From Tubulanus polymorphus (lineage: Eukaryota; Animalia; Nemertea), in the NCBI RefSeq assembly GCF_964204645.1, contig NC_134030.1:17174110-17238109 (forward strand): a DNA stretch of 64,000 nucleotides. The letters run 5' to 3'. Positions 40,336 through 52,029 of the stretch are shown piece by piece. The first letter of the stretch is position 1; the number at the start of each line of letters is the position of its first letter. The notes under the pieces are model-generated. The model had not been told where the DNA came from and ran no database searches. It saw nothing but the letters and a program-made list of their open reading frames with translations. The translations under genes and the position numbers were made by a program.

Positions 40336-43300
40336 ATGCCAAATCGTTGTGTTTGCTTTGGGTGCGATTATTCGGATAGGGGTATATTTCTTTTTCCGAA
40401 GAATCCTGTTCTTCGAGAAAAATGGGCTTCTTTTGTAGGTTTAAAGCGATTGAATTGGAGCGGCCCAACGTCGAATAGCGTCGTGTGTTACCGGCATTTT
40501 ACCAACGATGATTTCGTTAATAAAATGCAGTATGATGCACAATTTGCAAAGAGGTAAGTTTCATTCAGTCATCTTAACATTTATTCGAGACATGGTTTGA
40601 GAATAATTATTGTATGGGCTTGAAAATCACTGTTAAAAGGGTCGCATTTTCAAGTCCAATTCAAATCAATAAAATTTATTTTTTCCACGCGCGGTATCCA
40701 ATTCATAATTTTTTATGTCAAAATGCCATTTAACTTTTGTTTGCTAAGCGTGATTGTAAAACCATGCCTTCTAGGTCAGCTTACATCGTGTGACAATAGA
40801 AACATCTTTTCATTGAACTACTACTATAGGCCACAGTGCATTGGCCATCGTACAATAGGCTTTTATTGTCATTGTGAGTGCCTTACTTCACTCACTAACT
40901 ACAATAACAAAATGAATATTTCACGAGCCTTGTGAATTAACGGTTGCCTTTTGCTTGAAATAGATTGTTGCTGAAACAAGGAGCCGTGCCATCGATCCAC
41001 ACTGTGATAGAAACCCCTGAATCTACATCTCAACCAGAGGATTTCTTCTCGCCACCACGAAAGCCTGGACGAAAAGTGTTTGAGAAGAGGGAGAGACGGC
41101 GAGTCATTGCTGAGACTGAGAGCCAGGTTTTGCATAATCTTCAACCAAATTTGGTTGAAGATTATGCAAAACCTGGTGAAGATGACGGCGGGGAAGTGTA
41201 TGCGGAACCCGGTATCAAATCAGAGTTCGAGGCGACAAGAGAATTTGCTGTGCAGGCTGAACCGGATTGTAAATCTCGAGGTAGGATTTTCATGATGGTA
41301 TGGTGTATCATTGTCATTCAGTTTTGAATATATCACTGTAATCATTGAATTTCATGTTATTTAATGATAATTTTTTCTAGGGATGCAAACGCTGAAAGAA
41401 ACTGCACAGGTGAAGACCAAAATTGTGTACCGCATCAAACCTAAGATTATCTACAGAACGCCATTTAAGGCTCAGCGTTCAGTTGGAATCCAGGAAAATG
41501 CATTGAGTGAGTATTCTTTATTCAGTCTATATCGTATTATGGTATGGCTTGTATTATGGGGTTTTTTATGATATCATCTATTCTCCCTATCTATTTAATC
41601 CTACTACTGTGATTGGTCTGTTTTAGCCCGAAACATTGGTATTCAATGTAAGCAACCTGCTGAAGAACTTACAAATACCTCAAAAGCCATTTGTATTGGA
41701 GAAGAATCAGATTTAGGGAGTGACAGTGAAGATGATGACTATCATCCAGATTCGGCAGAAGAGTCAGAGATGGACAGTGGCTCTGAGGATGATTCTGAAG
41801 GCAGAGTTATGTTTGAAGAAATGAGGTTAGTAAAGTATAATATTTTAATCATGAATGATATTTTCCTTTCTTTTGTATAAAACTTCATTTATCATTGCAG
41901 TGATGAATCGGATAAGTCGTATAAAGACCAAACCAAGATTATTGTGTTCCAGTCAGCAATTCTGCAGCTGTTACAATACTGCCGGCGCTGTGGAAGAGAG
42001 AACCAAGTTTGGAAGAGGCACAGAGGAACAATGTTGACTGTCAGAACAAATTGTTTGAATTGTGGTGAAACTACTGAATGGTCCAGCCAACCAACAGTTG
42101 CTCGAGGAATTCCTATATTGGATGTTTTATTAAGTGCCATGGTTCTTTTAACAGGAAGTTTGCCCACAAAAGTTTTTCGACTGTTCAAGTAAGTTGCAGT
42201 AAAAACAATACTTTCAGTCTAATCAAACATAATTTTTTAAAGTTATAAATGTAATGGTCAATCCAATTTCAGTTTCATGAATATAAAGGCTCAGAGTACC
42301 AGGACATATTTCCGGTACCAGAAAAACTATCTTCACGATGCTGTTTCATCTGTGTGGGAAGCAAGTAGATCGGCACTTGTCAACAAATTACCAGGGCCAC
42401 GATTGCTTGCTGGTGATGGACGTTGCGATTCTATGGGTCATTCTGCTAAATTTGGAAGTTACACTCTGATGGATTTAATAACTAACAAAGTGATCGCGTT
42501 TCAACATGTTCAGGTATGTCAGAACCATAAAATCTTGCTTTTTCCTGAATTTAAAACAGAGAAAGGTCTATCTTTGTTATTGATTTTTTTAGTCGAATGA
42601 GGTAAAGAATTCAAATGCAATGGAATTGGAAGGCTTAAAGCGTTGCCGAATACAGATAGGAAACCTGAAAGTGATGGCATTTATTTCGGATATGCACATT
42701 CAAATTATTAAATGGACAAGGGAAGTTTGGAATGTAGCTCACTATTATGACTGCTGGCACGTTGTTAAAAGTAAGTTCAAAAATTCTTTGTGTAGAATTT
42801 ACATATCACTCACGGAATCAAAAATGAGACGAAATACTAATTTTTCATTTCAAGGTATAACTAAGAAACTAGAAATAATGTCAAGGAAAAAGGAATGTGA
42901 AGAAATAAAGGATTGGATAAAGTCAATAAAATGTCATTTGTACTGGTGCGCTGCATCATCATCACCCGGGGATAAAGAAGGCATCAGTAAAAAATGGTCA
43001 TCAGCAGTCAAACACATCCAAGACAATCATGAAGACTGCAGCCATGAACCCATAACATCAGAAAAGAAATGGCTTTAGCCAGGTAAGATATTATCTATTG
43101 CAACTACTGAATCAGAAATTATATCTAATTTCATGTGATGAAACATTTGATGTACTATTTACAGGATCTTTGGTTGGTGATTCTATGCAAAAATATCTGA
43201 CGAATACACGGGTTATAAATAAAGTGAAGATGATGTCACCATACGGCCAGACCAGTAAACTGGAGTGTCTTCACAGTTTATTCAATCATTTTGCCCCGAA

Positions 43301-43824
43301 GATGATTCAGTTTTCTTACAATGGAATGACAAGCAGGTAAGCAAAGTATATAACAATTGAGTGATTTCTATTTTTTCATACATATGTCCCTGCTAAGACT
43401 TATATCAATGTCTTATGTCTTCTCTTAGGTTACAAATAGCTGCCCTACATTTCAATGAGAATAGTGACAGAATACAAGGCACAAAGATTGATGGGACAAA
43501 AAAATATAGCATTGTCTATCCAAAATACAAGGACACCCACACATTACGAAAACTACTCACTGATGCCACTTATGGTGAATATTAAAGTCATTAACTAAAC
43601 TTATGTAAATAATTCATTACCAAACACATTGTTGGCTAACAGTGTTTTTTATTTCAGAATATGTCGACATTTGCTGGAACAAGATACTCGAGGACGTGGA
43701 AGAAGCAGATAGGCCGAGGAAAATAATCACAGTACCACCAAATCTCACATCAAACAAAGAAAAAATCACCAAAGAGGAAGCCATCGCAATGCACAGGACA
43801 AGATTCAAAAAAACTAATAGATGA
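40336..43824 (+). pseudogene. Kolobok THAP-DDE transposase, 11 exons, about 759 codons, one premature stop
   Basis: Exons 40336-40553, 40964-41280, 41381-41506, 41627-41825, 41901-42188, 42273-42513, 42593-42770, 42855-43082, 43165-43336, 43429-43574, 43658-43824; all GT-AG and phase-compatible. THAP (CVCFGC..FP..W..C..HF..AVPSI), CRRC..CLNC, GDGRCDSMGHSAKFGSY, ISDMH, DCWHVVK, QTSKLECLHS, AALHFNEN. In-frame TAG at 43076-43078. Confidence 0.88.
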
Positions 43825-44503
43825 TTGAATGGTAAGTCTCTTGACATTTGTATTGAAGGTATAATTTCATTTAAAATTGTAATACATGCACATGAAAACT
43901 TGACAATTATATTGATTTTCTTAAAAAATACATTCTTTTTAGGTCTGCGGAAAAAATGATGACCCGAAGTGATGATTTAATTCGAAAAATAATGTACGAA
44001 GAAATATATTTGAAATTTGGCAGTTCAAAGATACCGAGTACGTTTTATTTCAACATCAGGAATCATGATATATCTTGTATTCGTTTTATAATTCAACCTA
44101 AAATATTTTTCATGTCTTTTTCAGGTGATAAAGACAAAATATCTACATTTGCATGGGAAGATTAATGGTGAAACTACAAGTCTAAGTGAAAGTTGTAGAC
44201 ACCAGTTCACTCAATAAATGATCTGTAGAAAATTGATAGGAAACTGAAAATAAAATTATTGATCTGCTTAAGCATAACAAAACTGCTCCTTACTTGAACA
44301 ATTAATTGCGATCAGATGTTTAAATTAGAACTCAATGGATTGAAAGCAAAACGTTTTATACATTATAAATATGCAATAAAATTTATATTTTATATCTAAG
44401 CGATGTCATTGTTTTATTAAAATATCTGTAAGAAAAGCACAAGTTAAGAAGAATATATAAACATCGTTAGAATTTTTAAGTTGAATTCTTCTATTTTAAT
44501 TCA

Positions 44504-45453
44504 TTACGGTCCATCAATCGACACATTACGAAATCCTTTATATACATGGTCCTCCTCATAACCGTCCTCAGGGAAATGTGCGCGGATGCACGAAACGACA
44601 CAAGCAGGCAAAATTCTCCTATTCTCCTTGCCCAAATATCCCCAACACCACCGAACAAATGATCTGTATGCTACATGTCTTAATTTCGCATTTGCTGGCC
44701 CTTCAAAACTTTTCCGTCCGTACTGCCGTTTAAATTCGGACCACATCAGCTGCAGGACCCAAGGGTTCAAACAGATCGAAGCGAAAGCTGCTGTGTCCGT
44801 CATGCAGGTCTCTTCATTTTGTCTGGACTCCTCCCAAACCCATTCCAGTCTTCTTTTCACGACATCAATCTCCATACAGCACACACACTCTTGCTCCGTC
44901 TCTAAGATCTGACAGTGTCCACATTGGCACCTAAAAAGATTATCCATAAAAATATTTTTAAGGTATGGATATAGGTATCTTTTTGTTGTAAGCCTATGCT
45001 GATGCAATGCAGTGCAAGAATAGTCCAGCAGTGCCAGCACAACGACGTTGAATTGCACTGAGCTTTTGAAACGAACATGATAAGATTCTCTCAACTTCGC
45101 CAACAAAGCTCAAAAACCTATAATTAAATCTACGGCTTAATGAATCTTAAAATATATATTTTTAAGTTAATTGATATATGAACATACCACTGATTCAGAT
45201 TATCCAGCTCCAAACGGTTTATTCGGCCTTCGTCGTCGTCTCCCTCTGCCTCCGGTCTGGGTCCATCGCCGTTTCGCTTCGGTTCTGCCTCTGGTTCGTA
45301 TAAATACGGCCCGATCATTAATTCCTCTTCGTCACTTGTTTCCTGCCATTCAAAATCACTAAGCGATTCATCTGAATTTGATGCCGAAGTGGCATTAAAT
45401 TCAGATGAATCGCTCCCATTGTCCGATTCTCTATTCATTTCTATAGACGCCAT
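44504..45453 (-). CDS. KolX-type protein with a P2X7 C-terminal (ballast)-like Cys-rich domain, 2 exons, 230 aa, intact
   Basis: Exons 45453-45188 and 44930-44504 joined TG|G. Acidic N-terminus, PYLYEP, WCQCGHC...ECVCCME...CM...F..ICLNPWVL...RHVAYRSFVRWCWGYLGKENRRILPACVVSCIRAHFP...YKGF. Confidence 0.88.
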
Positions 45454-46955
45454 TATTGAGTCGCTGCCTTTAATGACGTAGTTCTATAAATAGCCCGCAG
45501 TACACGTGTTTTTCCGGAACGATGTAAACAAAACGAGGCGCGCGAAAATCAAAATCATCAAATATCATTATAAATTGAAATTTTTTCCGATCTTTCAAAT
45601 TGTCAATCTCAATAGTATACTATAATGAATCATTTTATTCCAAAAGTAGAAAATTCTTGAAAAAGTGTCAGTTACCCTTTAACCTAGTAGAGGCTACTAG
45701 CCTATGTAGGCCTATGTATATGCGTAGGCCTAACATCCGGACAGATTTGTCGTAGGCCTATTGAATAACAACCCTCCTAAATATCGTTAAATATCGTTAA
45801 TTGTTTTGAAGTTCAATCCAATGAGTCCGTTAATAACCGCAACATTTATACTGTGTTTGTTTGAGACAGTAAAGGTCAGTACCGGTAGGCCTAGCCTTAA
45901 GGTCGCGTAAAACTCGATAAACACTTCAAGCGACACAGCGAACGATCTCCTTTCCCCCACAGCGAACGCTTACTCCGAATGTCAAGTGTGAGTCCAGCAT
46001 ACGGATAGGAGTGTGTTATATACTTGTAATTAGTAAAAACCTTGTGCATTTGACAATGATCGGTATGTACTGCAGGAAATATAGAGTATTGATGGTATTG
46101 ATATAATGGTTGAAGCCCGCAGCCGAATAAAGTAATATATTCTTTTATTTTGATACCTTGTCGGCATAACAGCTTTTCTCCGCTATATGACTTCGGCGTG
46201 TTTAGTTTAGGCCTACGACTCCCCGGTACACTAAAGATTTATTTTAGTAAATACACGGTTAATTTGGTAAAGAAAAATAGGTATTGTTAAGCTAACTCCT
46301 AGAAACCCACAGCCGAATCACTGGTAGTAATAAATTAATTTGTACTCGATTTGATTCTCATGATGAGGAGAAACTCGCAGCTGATCCCCGAAATGACGAT
46401 GTTGTGACACACGTCGATTCGTCGATGTTTACGGCTCGAAAGTACTTTTAAAATCTAAAGTAGTAAATTTCCAGTGTATCGGTAATAGGATTTGATGAGG
46501 AAAATGGGCTATTGTTAAAATTTTGAAGACCGCAGCTGAATGTGAAGTCCGCCGCAATAAATAAGTTCATTTATACTTGAATTGTTAATCGAAGTGACTA
46601 TCGGCCTGCGGGTTGATTTCGGGATGACGACTCGGAAAACATGTCGCCCCATTGAATCGGGGCTAAATTTTCGATGTTTACTGCCCGACAGTGCTTTTGT
46701 AACGATGATTCGTGAAAAAACACGCGGAGTATTTGTAAATCTCAGTGAGGTGAACGATATCATACGGATTGTATCGACAACAGCGGCAAGGTAACAAAGC
46801 CTTAGTTCTTTTAGTGAAAATAGTGTGACATAAAATAATAATAAGAAACACGCGAATCTCAATAGGGTTTTCTGTGATGTAACAGAAAACCCTAAATATC
46901 CTGTGACACATTGAGCTGCTATTGAGTTCTATATGCACGATATTATACGAAAGAA

Positions 46956-47211
46956 AGATTAAAACGCACTATCTACAGATTAAAAGAATTTAAAATCAAG
47001 AATTTATTTATTCGACCAATCTAAAATATATAATAAACACGACGTTTCGATCTTACCTGACGATGATCTCTAGGGTGACATCAAAACGTGTTTATTATAT
47101 ATTTTACATTTTTTCAAATAAATAAATTCTTGATTTTAAATTCTTTTAATCTGTAGATAGTGGGTTTTAATCTTTTTATCCGTTCACCACGTTTTAGTGT
47201 GGTCATCGTAC
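46956..47211. mobile_element. Short palindromic Penelope-type insertion with a hammerhead-like loop and a 15-bp TSD
   Basis: TSD tattatacgaaagaa at 46941-46955 and 47212-47226; inverted arms of ~85 bp (46954-47040 / 47088-47175). Loop has CTGACGA-tgatct (47057-) and, on the minus strand, agatc-GAAAC-GTC. Confidence 0.75.
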
Positions 47212-48470
47212 TATTATACGAAAGAATGCTTAGAATGGAAAGTAAAACGATCCACAAACCAATAATTGTATTTGATGAAATTTATGTTCTTTCTCTCGCA
47301 GAATCTAACCATTCCTTCAGCTGGATTTTTATTACTTGACTGATGAAACATGGATTTTATACATGAAATTACCGCTACATTATCTATCTATTAATAAATG
47401 TATTTTCTATACTTTTATTTGCTTCCACGAAAACTTAATGAACACTCCACTCCGTATTATTTACCTTCACCTTAGAACGAAGCCAATTATAGTTTTACAG
47501 TGAGACTAACTTATTCTGTCTTTATCAATACATTTTTTTCGCAAAAAGCCAAGTATCTTATCCTGATATTGATTTACCTTGTAATAATTTGAAATTTGAA
47601 ATTCATTAACTTTGCGTGACATTCTTATGTTTTTTTTAACGTCGTAATATAATGATCATTATATGCACTATATAACCAGTCAAAATGGCCAGCTTTAAAT
47701 TTCTTCTGAAAAATTATCTGTCAACGTACAACATGTAGTTGATTTTACAACCATGTCTATAGGCATGTTGGCCATACAACAAAATGACTTTAAAACTTTA
47801 ACATTATATTTTTTCATCGTTCAGCAAAATCGGTTGGATAACTAAAACATGTAGGATACTTTTGAATAAAAGCAGATTATTTGGTAACAATACCATAACC
47901 AAATTGGGAATCCTACATGCATCAAATCCTTTTTTCCGTTGGTTCTTACTCATACACTGGCAGTTCTCCATTGCTTGACAATATAGAGTAGGGAAATATT
48001 TCAAACTACATGTGCATATAAGTATTAGGTTTATATAGGACACGGCAATATATAGATATGAATGCAAACTAGTTTTGACAGTAGTGCTCTGTGGAAAGCG
48101 TACTATTCACGATAAAACACTACACACTACACTGAATACAGGACTTGTAGTTAATCACACATTTTACATTACATAGCTATACCGATAAGTACGAGCTCTT
48201 AAGAAAATACAAATGCCTGTATATGTATTTATGTTGGAACTAAACCATGTATATACAACTGATCTACAGTGACACATCTTTATTCGAGGGAAATAGCATT
48301 AAACGGATAATTACGCCATTATAGTGGTGATTTAAACCTCGAACATGGACAGACATCTACACCGGTCATGTCAACCTTGGGATATCGTACTGTGCGACTC
48401 TTTAACTGATGTGTTTCCCTAATGGGATAAATAATGTTAATAGGGCACAGGCGAGGTCCGCTATTCCACT

Positions 48471-50192
48471 ATGAATATGGAAATAGTGATAATATTAGGC
48501 ATACTACTTACATTGGAAACATCCCAACAATGTTATTTAGGTTTTAGACAACTTATACGATATCCTATATTGAATCACCATGTTGCGTTGTTGTTCCAGA
48601 ACAATAGTCACGGCAATTATGAGGTTCGGATACAAGAAATAATTGAATTCAAACTGCGTTTTACGAGATCATACGTGATGCTTCAGAAGGACTTCCAAAA
48701 ATACGGGAACTGTAGAGTCAATTTGGACAGGCTTAATGTTACGTTGAATAACACTACCGCGTATGTAAATTCACAGGATAGAAACGTTTGGGTAGGGAAA
48801 TCTGCCAACTCAATAGATTTTCGGTTCAAAAAGGAAGGTCCTTACAGGCATGGAAAAATTCAGAAAATAGGATTTCACTATGATGTAATATGTTCAGGGG
48901 AAAGCATGTTAGTGGCGATACCATTTTTGAGGGATTGTAATCACAAAACTAAAGTTTTAGATGTGAGAAAATCAGGTATCATAACAGACGCTTGGCATCA
49001 AGAATTGAAAAAAACTTTGTTCAAAATATCAGTTTCTCACAACTCACATCGTATTCATTGCACCAGAAAACTTCAGGTTTGGTATATCCAAGAAACCAGA
49101 GGATTTCCCTATTCCTCAATGAGGACAAGAGAATTGGATTCGGGGGATGAAATCGATAACATAATATCATCAGGTATCACAATGTTGCTTCAATGCCCAA
49201 AACAATATACAAATTTTAAAAAAATGACAGTATCGGAGTTCTGTCAGACTGTGATGCATTTCACAGAAAATCAATCCTTTGAGGGTTTGAATACTGGTCA
49301 TACCATTGCCACATTACTACCATGGGAAATCAGCGTAGGTTCAGCAATCATTCTCCTGGTTATCTTTATATTCATCATTATATATGATGCAATATGTAAT
49401 CGACATTTACGTTTACTAAACTTAGCGAACATGGGGATGAATTGGGATTGTTTCTCCACATGCCTTTTGGCGCCTTTCATAGTGATGCTTCTTTTGATAT
49501 CGTTCATTATTTGTACGCTTATTGCATTTGTAATTACAATATCAATCCTTTCAATGCCGCATATTATCCTACGCTTGTTTTTACTCGGGTTGTTAGCTAA
49601 TAGTTGCGAAATCTATCAAAATAACAACCAGACAGGCTTGCTGTGGGTCTCCATTTTACCGTTTTGGTATATATTTTTGGCTTGTTTTATAATTGTTCTC
49701 ATCTACCAAGCCGTTGTTTTAGTCCAGAATGTCTGGTCTATAAATTGTAAGGACTACAGGTGTGTAAGAAGAAATACATATAATATCTGGAATTTATTTG
49801 CACCATTTGTGTGGTTATTGTACATAAGCGTACCGAGCTATTTGATTCTTAACACTACGATGACATGGTACGCTTTGTTTTTGAACGTTGTTCCGTTTGA
49901 CGAGACTCTGAATATATTCATAATTACGACCTATCCAGCTGTTTTTCTCATCTTGCTGGTTCCATATTTTCGGATGGTGAAAGACAGATACAAAGGCAAA
50001 TCGGCAAGATCACGAATCTGTTTTGTTATACTTGGGATACTCATACTCAGTCCTATTATATTAATAATTATTGTTATTCATGAGCCGACAGTTTCTACGA
50101 ATCAAGCATTATGGGTTATAACGCTTGTTGGATTTATTGCAGGTGCTTATGACGTTGTAAAACTGTATGGATGTTGTAGGCCTAAATCATGA
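48471..50192 (+). CDS. Intronless 573-aa orphan membrane protein: signal peptide, ~265-aa Cys-containing ectodomain, about 8-9 TM helices
   Basis: Long uninterrupted ORF in AT-rich DNA; hydrophobic N-terminus; repeated hydrophobic segments from residue ~285; N-glycosylation sequons (NNS, NVT, NTT, NQS); AATAAA at 50211. Confidence 0.75.
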   Translation: MNMEIVIILGILLTLETSQQCYLGFRQLIRYPILNHHVALLFQNNSHGNYEVRIQEIIEFKLRFTRSYVMLQKDFQKYGNCRVNLDRLNVTLNNTTAYVNSQDRNVWVGKSANSIDFRFKKEGPYRHGKIQKIGFHYDVICSGESMLVAIPFLRDCNHKTKVLDVRKSGIITDAWHQELKKTLFKISVSHNSHRIHCTRKLQVWYIQETRGFPYSSMRTRELDSGDEIDNIISSGITMLLQCPKQYTNFKKMTVSEFCQTVMHFTENQSFEGLNTGHTIATLLPWEISVGSAIILLVIFIFIIIYDAICNRHLRLLNLANMGMNWDCFSTCLLAPFIVMLLLISFIICTLIAFVITISILSMPHIILRLFLLGLLANSCEIYQNNNQTGLLWVSILPFWYIFLACFIIVLIYQAVVLVQNVWSINCKDYRCVRRNTYNIWNLFAPFVWLLYISVPSYLILNTTMTWYALFLNVVPFDETLNIFIITTYPAVFLILLVPYFRMVKDRYKGKSARSRICFVILGILILSPIILIIIVIHEPTVSTNQALWVITLVGFIAGAYDVVKLYGCCRPKS

Positions 50193-52029
50193 ATGAGATA
50201 TATACATTCAAATAAATATCTCGCTAAAATCATTAAACCACATATACTGTCTTAATCCATGCTAAATAGCACATGGGAGTTTCTTAAAAAACTGAAACAA
50301 TTCGTTTTTAAACCTTCTGATATCCTTGATCAGTCTTGATGTGGAGTCACTATTCACTAATGTATCATTGAAAGAAACCAGAGATGTTTATGTATATCCT
50401 CCAGAAAACCATCAAAACCAAAACTAAATTAAGAATTTTTTCTCCTTGCTAAATTATATTAATTCACGCTGGTGGCGCTTTTGCACTTTAGACCAATCAG
50501 GTGTTTTGTTTTGGTTCAACTCTCCAAATATGGTACTGTTTTATCGTAACGTTGCGAACACGTGTTCATTAGTAAACAACCGTCAAAACGGTTCCTTTTC
50601 TTGTATTTTGAGTATCTATAATCACTTCGGTCCAGTCTTTCAATAAGAAAAGGTAAAGACACGCTTGGCTGAGCTCTGGCTCGTCAGGTTTTATCCAGGT
50701 CTGTGGTGGTTAGAGAGTGAGCGAAGAATTAACACATGTCTTCCCAATGACAGATGTAGAGACGGCGACTCTTATCAAGCTATTTACTTTATTTCGACGA
50801 ATTCACTGACGATGTATCCTCCCGTGTCAACATGGCGAATCCACAATTTCTCTTACGACGTCGAAGAAACTCTTTTCTTCATCAATCGCTCCTCTCATTC
50901 TACTCACAGACCTGTCATACCTTTTTAGCTTATTTATAGGTTACCTAGGCCTGTAATTTTAACCTAATTAGGCCTTTATGTATCTATCTATTTGGTCTAT
51001 TTGGCGTATGATATTTATTGGAATTGGAATTTGTAGTCAAGTTTAAGATTGACTCTTTTCTGTAGATATAGGCACATTTATTGTATGTATAACATATAAT
51101 TTGTACGGTGAGAAATTATCGAGAATCTTATAGATACTTTTCCAGCGATATATACAATTTTCATAGTTACATTTTTACCTAAAAAAAACATTTTTACCTA
51201 CTTGTAAACTTAGTTATTTTCGTGATTCAGGGTTCCGCTTGAGGATGAGGCCATAACTACTCTCGAGAACCCCATTTTGCAGAGATGTTGCGGAGAAGCT
51301 CAGGGGAATCGCTGTGGATGCATTCAGTGCACGCCATACCGATAGGCAGAGTTCATGTGCAGAAGGCACTGGGAATGTTCAGCATGAAAATTCCGTGCGC
51401 ACGGTGTGGAAATAGCCAGGAGTGTATGCGCTGGCCCTGCGAATCGTGTTATTTTTCCCTTTTTGTTCGCTGGGGAGTGGTGATATTGACCTCCGAGGAA
51501 TGATTTTATGTACTTATCCATAACGGATCAAATGCTTATTTCGTTGTTGATATTTTCTTACTTTTCACTTCCGATTAAACCTCGACTTATATAATATCGA
51601 CCTATATTATTTCCAGCGGCAGGAGGCCTCTTCATGATTCCTCTCCAGGGGATCGTGCGACGGAAACGAACTCTTGTAGCCACGCCATATTTATTACCTT
51701 AGACTGCACCAGGTGGTGCCTTCATCACGCTATCTTATCTATGAGGAGTTGCATTTAGTTTATTTAGGTAAAAACGCTACAAATAGATGAGACTATTCCC
51801 AGTCTTCAGTATAATTAAGAAGTTTCCAGTTTCTAGGCGCCATTTTGTGGGGGTCCCTCGAGGTCCCCATTGTTGCGATGATTTTCGCTCATTTTTAAAA
51901 CACAAGTTTAGATTGAATATCATCCTTGCTCAATTAACTTAATTTATACACCATTTTAAAGAAAATGAAATGCAGATATTTGCTGGCGATTCTTGGAATT
52001 TTTGAACGAAAAAATTGAGAACAGTGGCG

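Larger units (their letters stand above)
40052..45678. mobile_element. Full-length Kolobok-superfamily DNA transposon (5627 bp)
   Basis: TTAA|AGGGTAACTGACACTTTT ... AAAAGTGTCAGTTACCCT|TTAA; encloses two convergent genes (THAP-DDE transposase and KolX-type protein). Confidence 0.9.

Noticed and set aside
40336-40557. Host THAP transcription factor or P-element
   Set aside because: It splices into a DDE domain with Kolobok-type motifs and is bounded by TTAA-flanked TIRs.
44504-45106. 200-aa ORF as a P2X7 receptor gene
   Set aside because: No TM or ectodomain. The ORF's first ~58 residues are intron read-through; the real 5' exon is 45453-45188 and the gene lies inside transposon TIRs.
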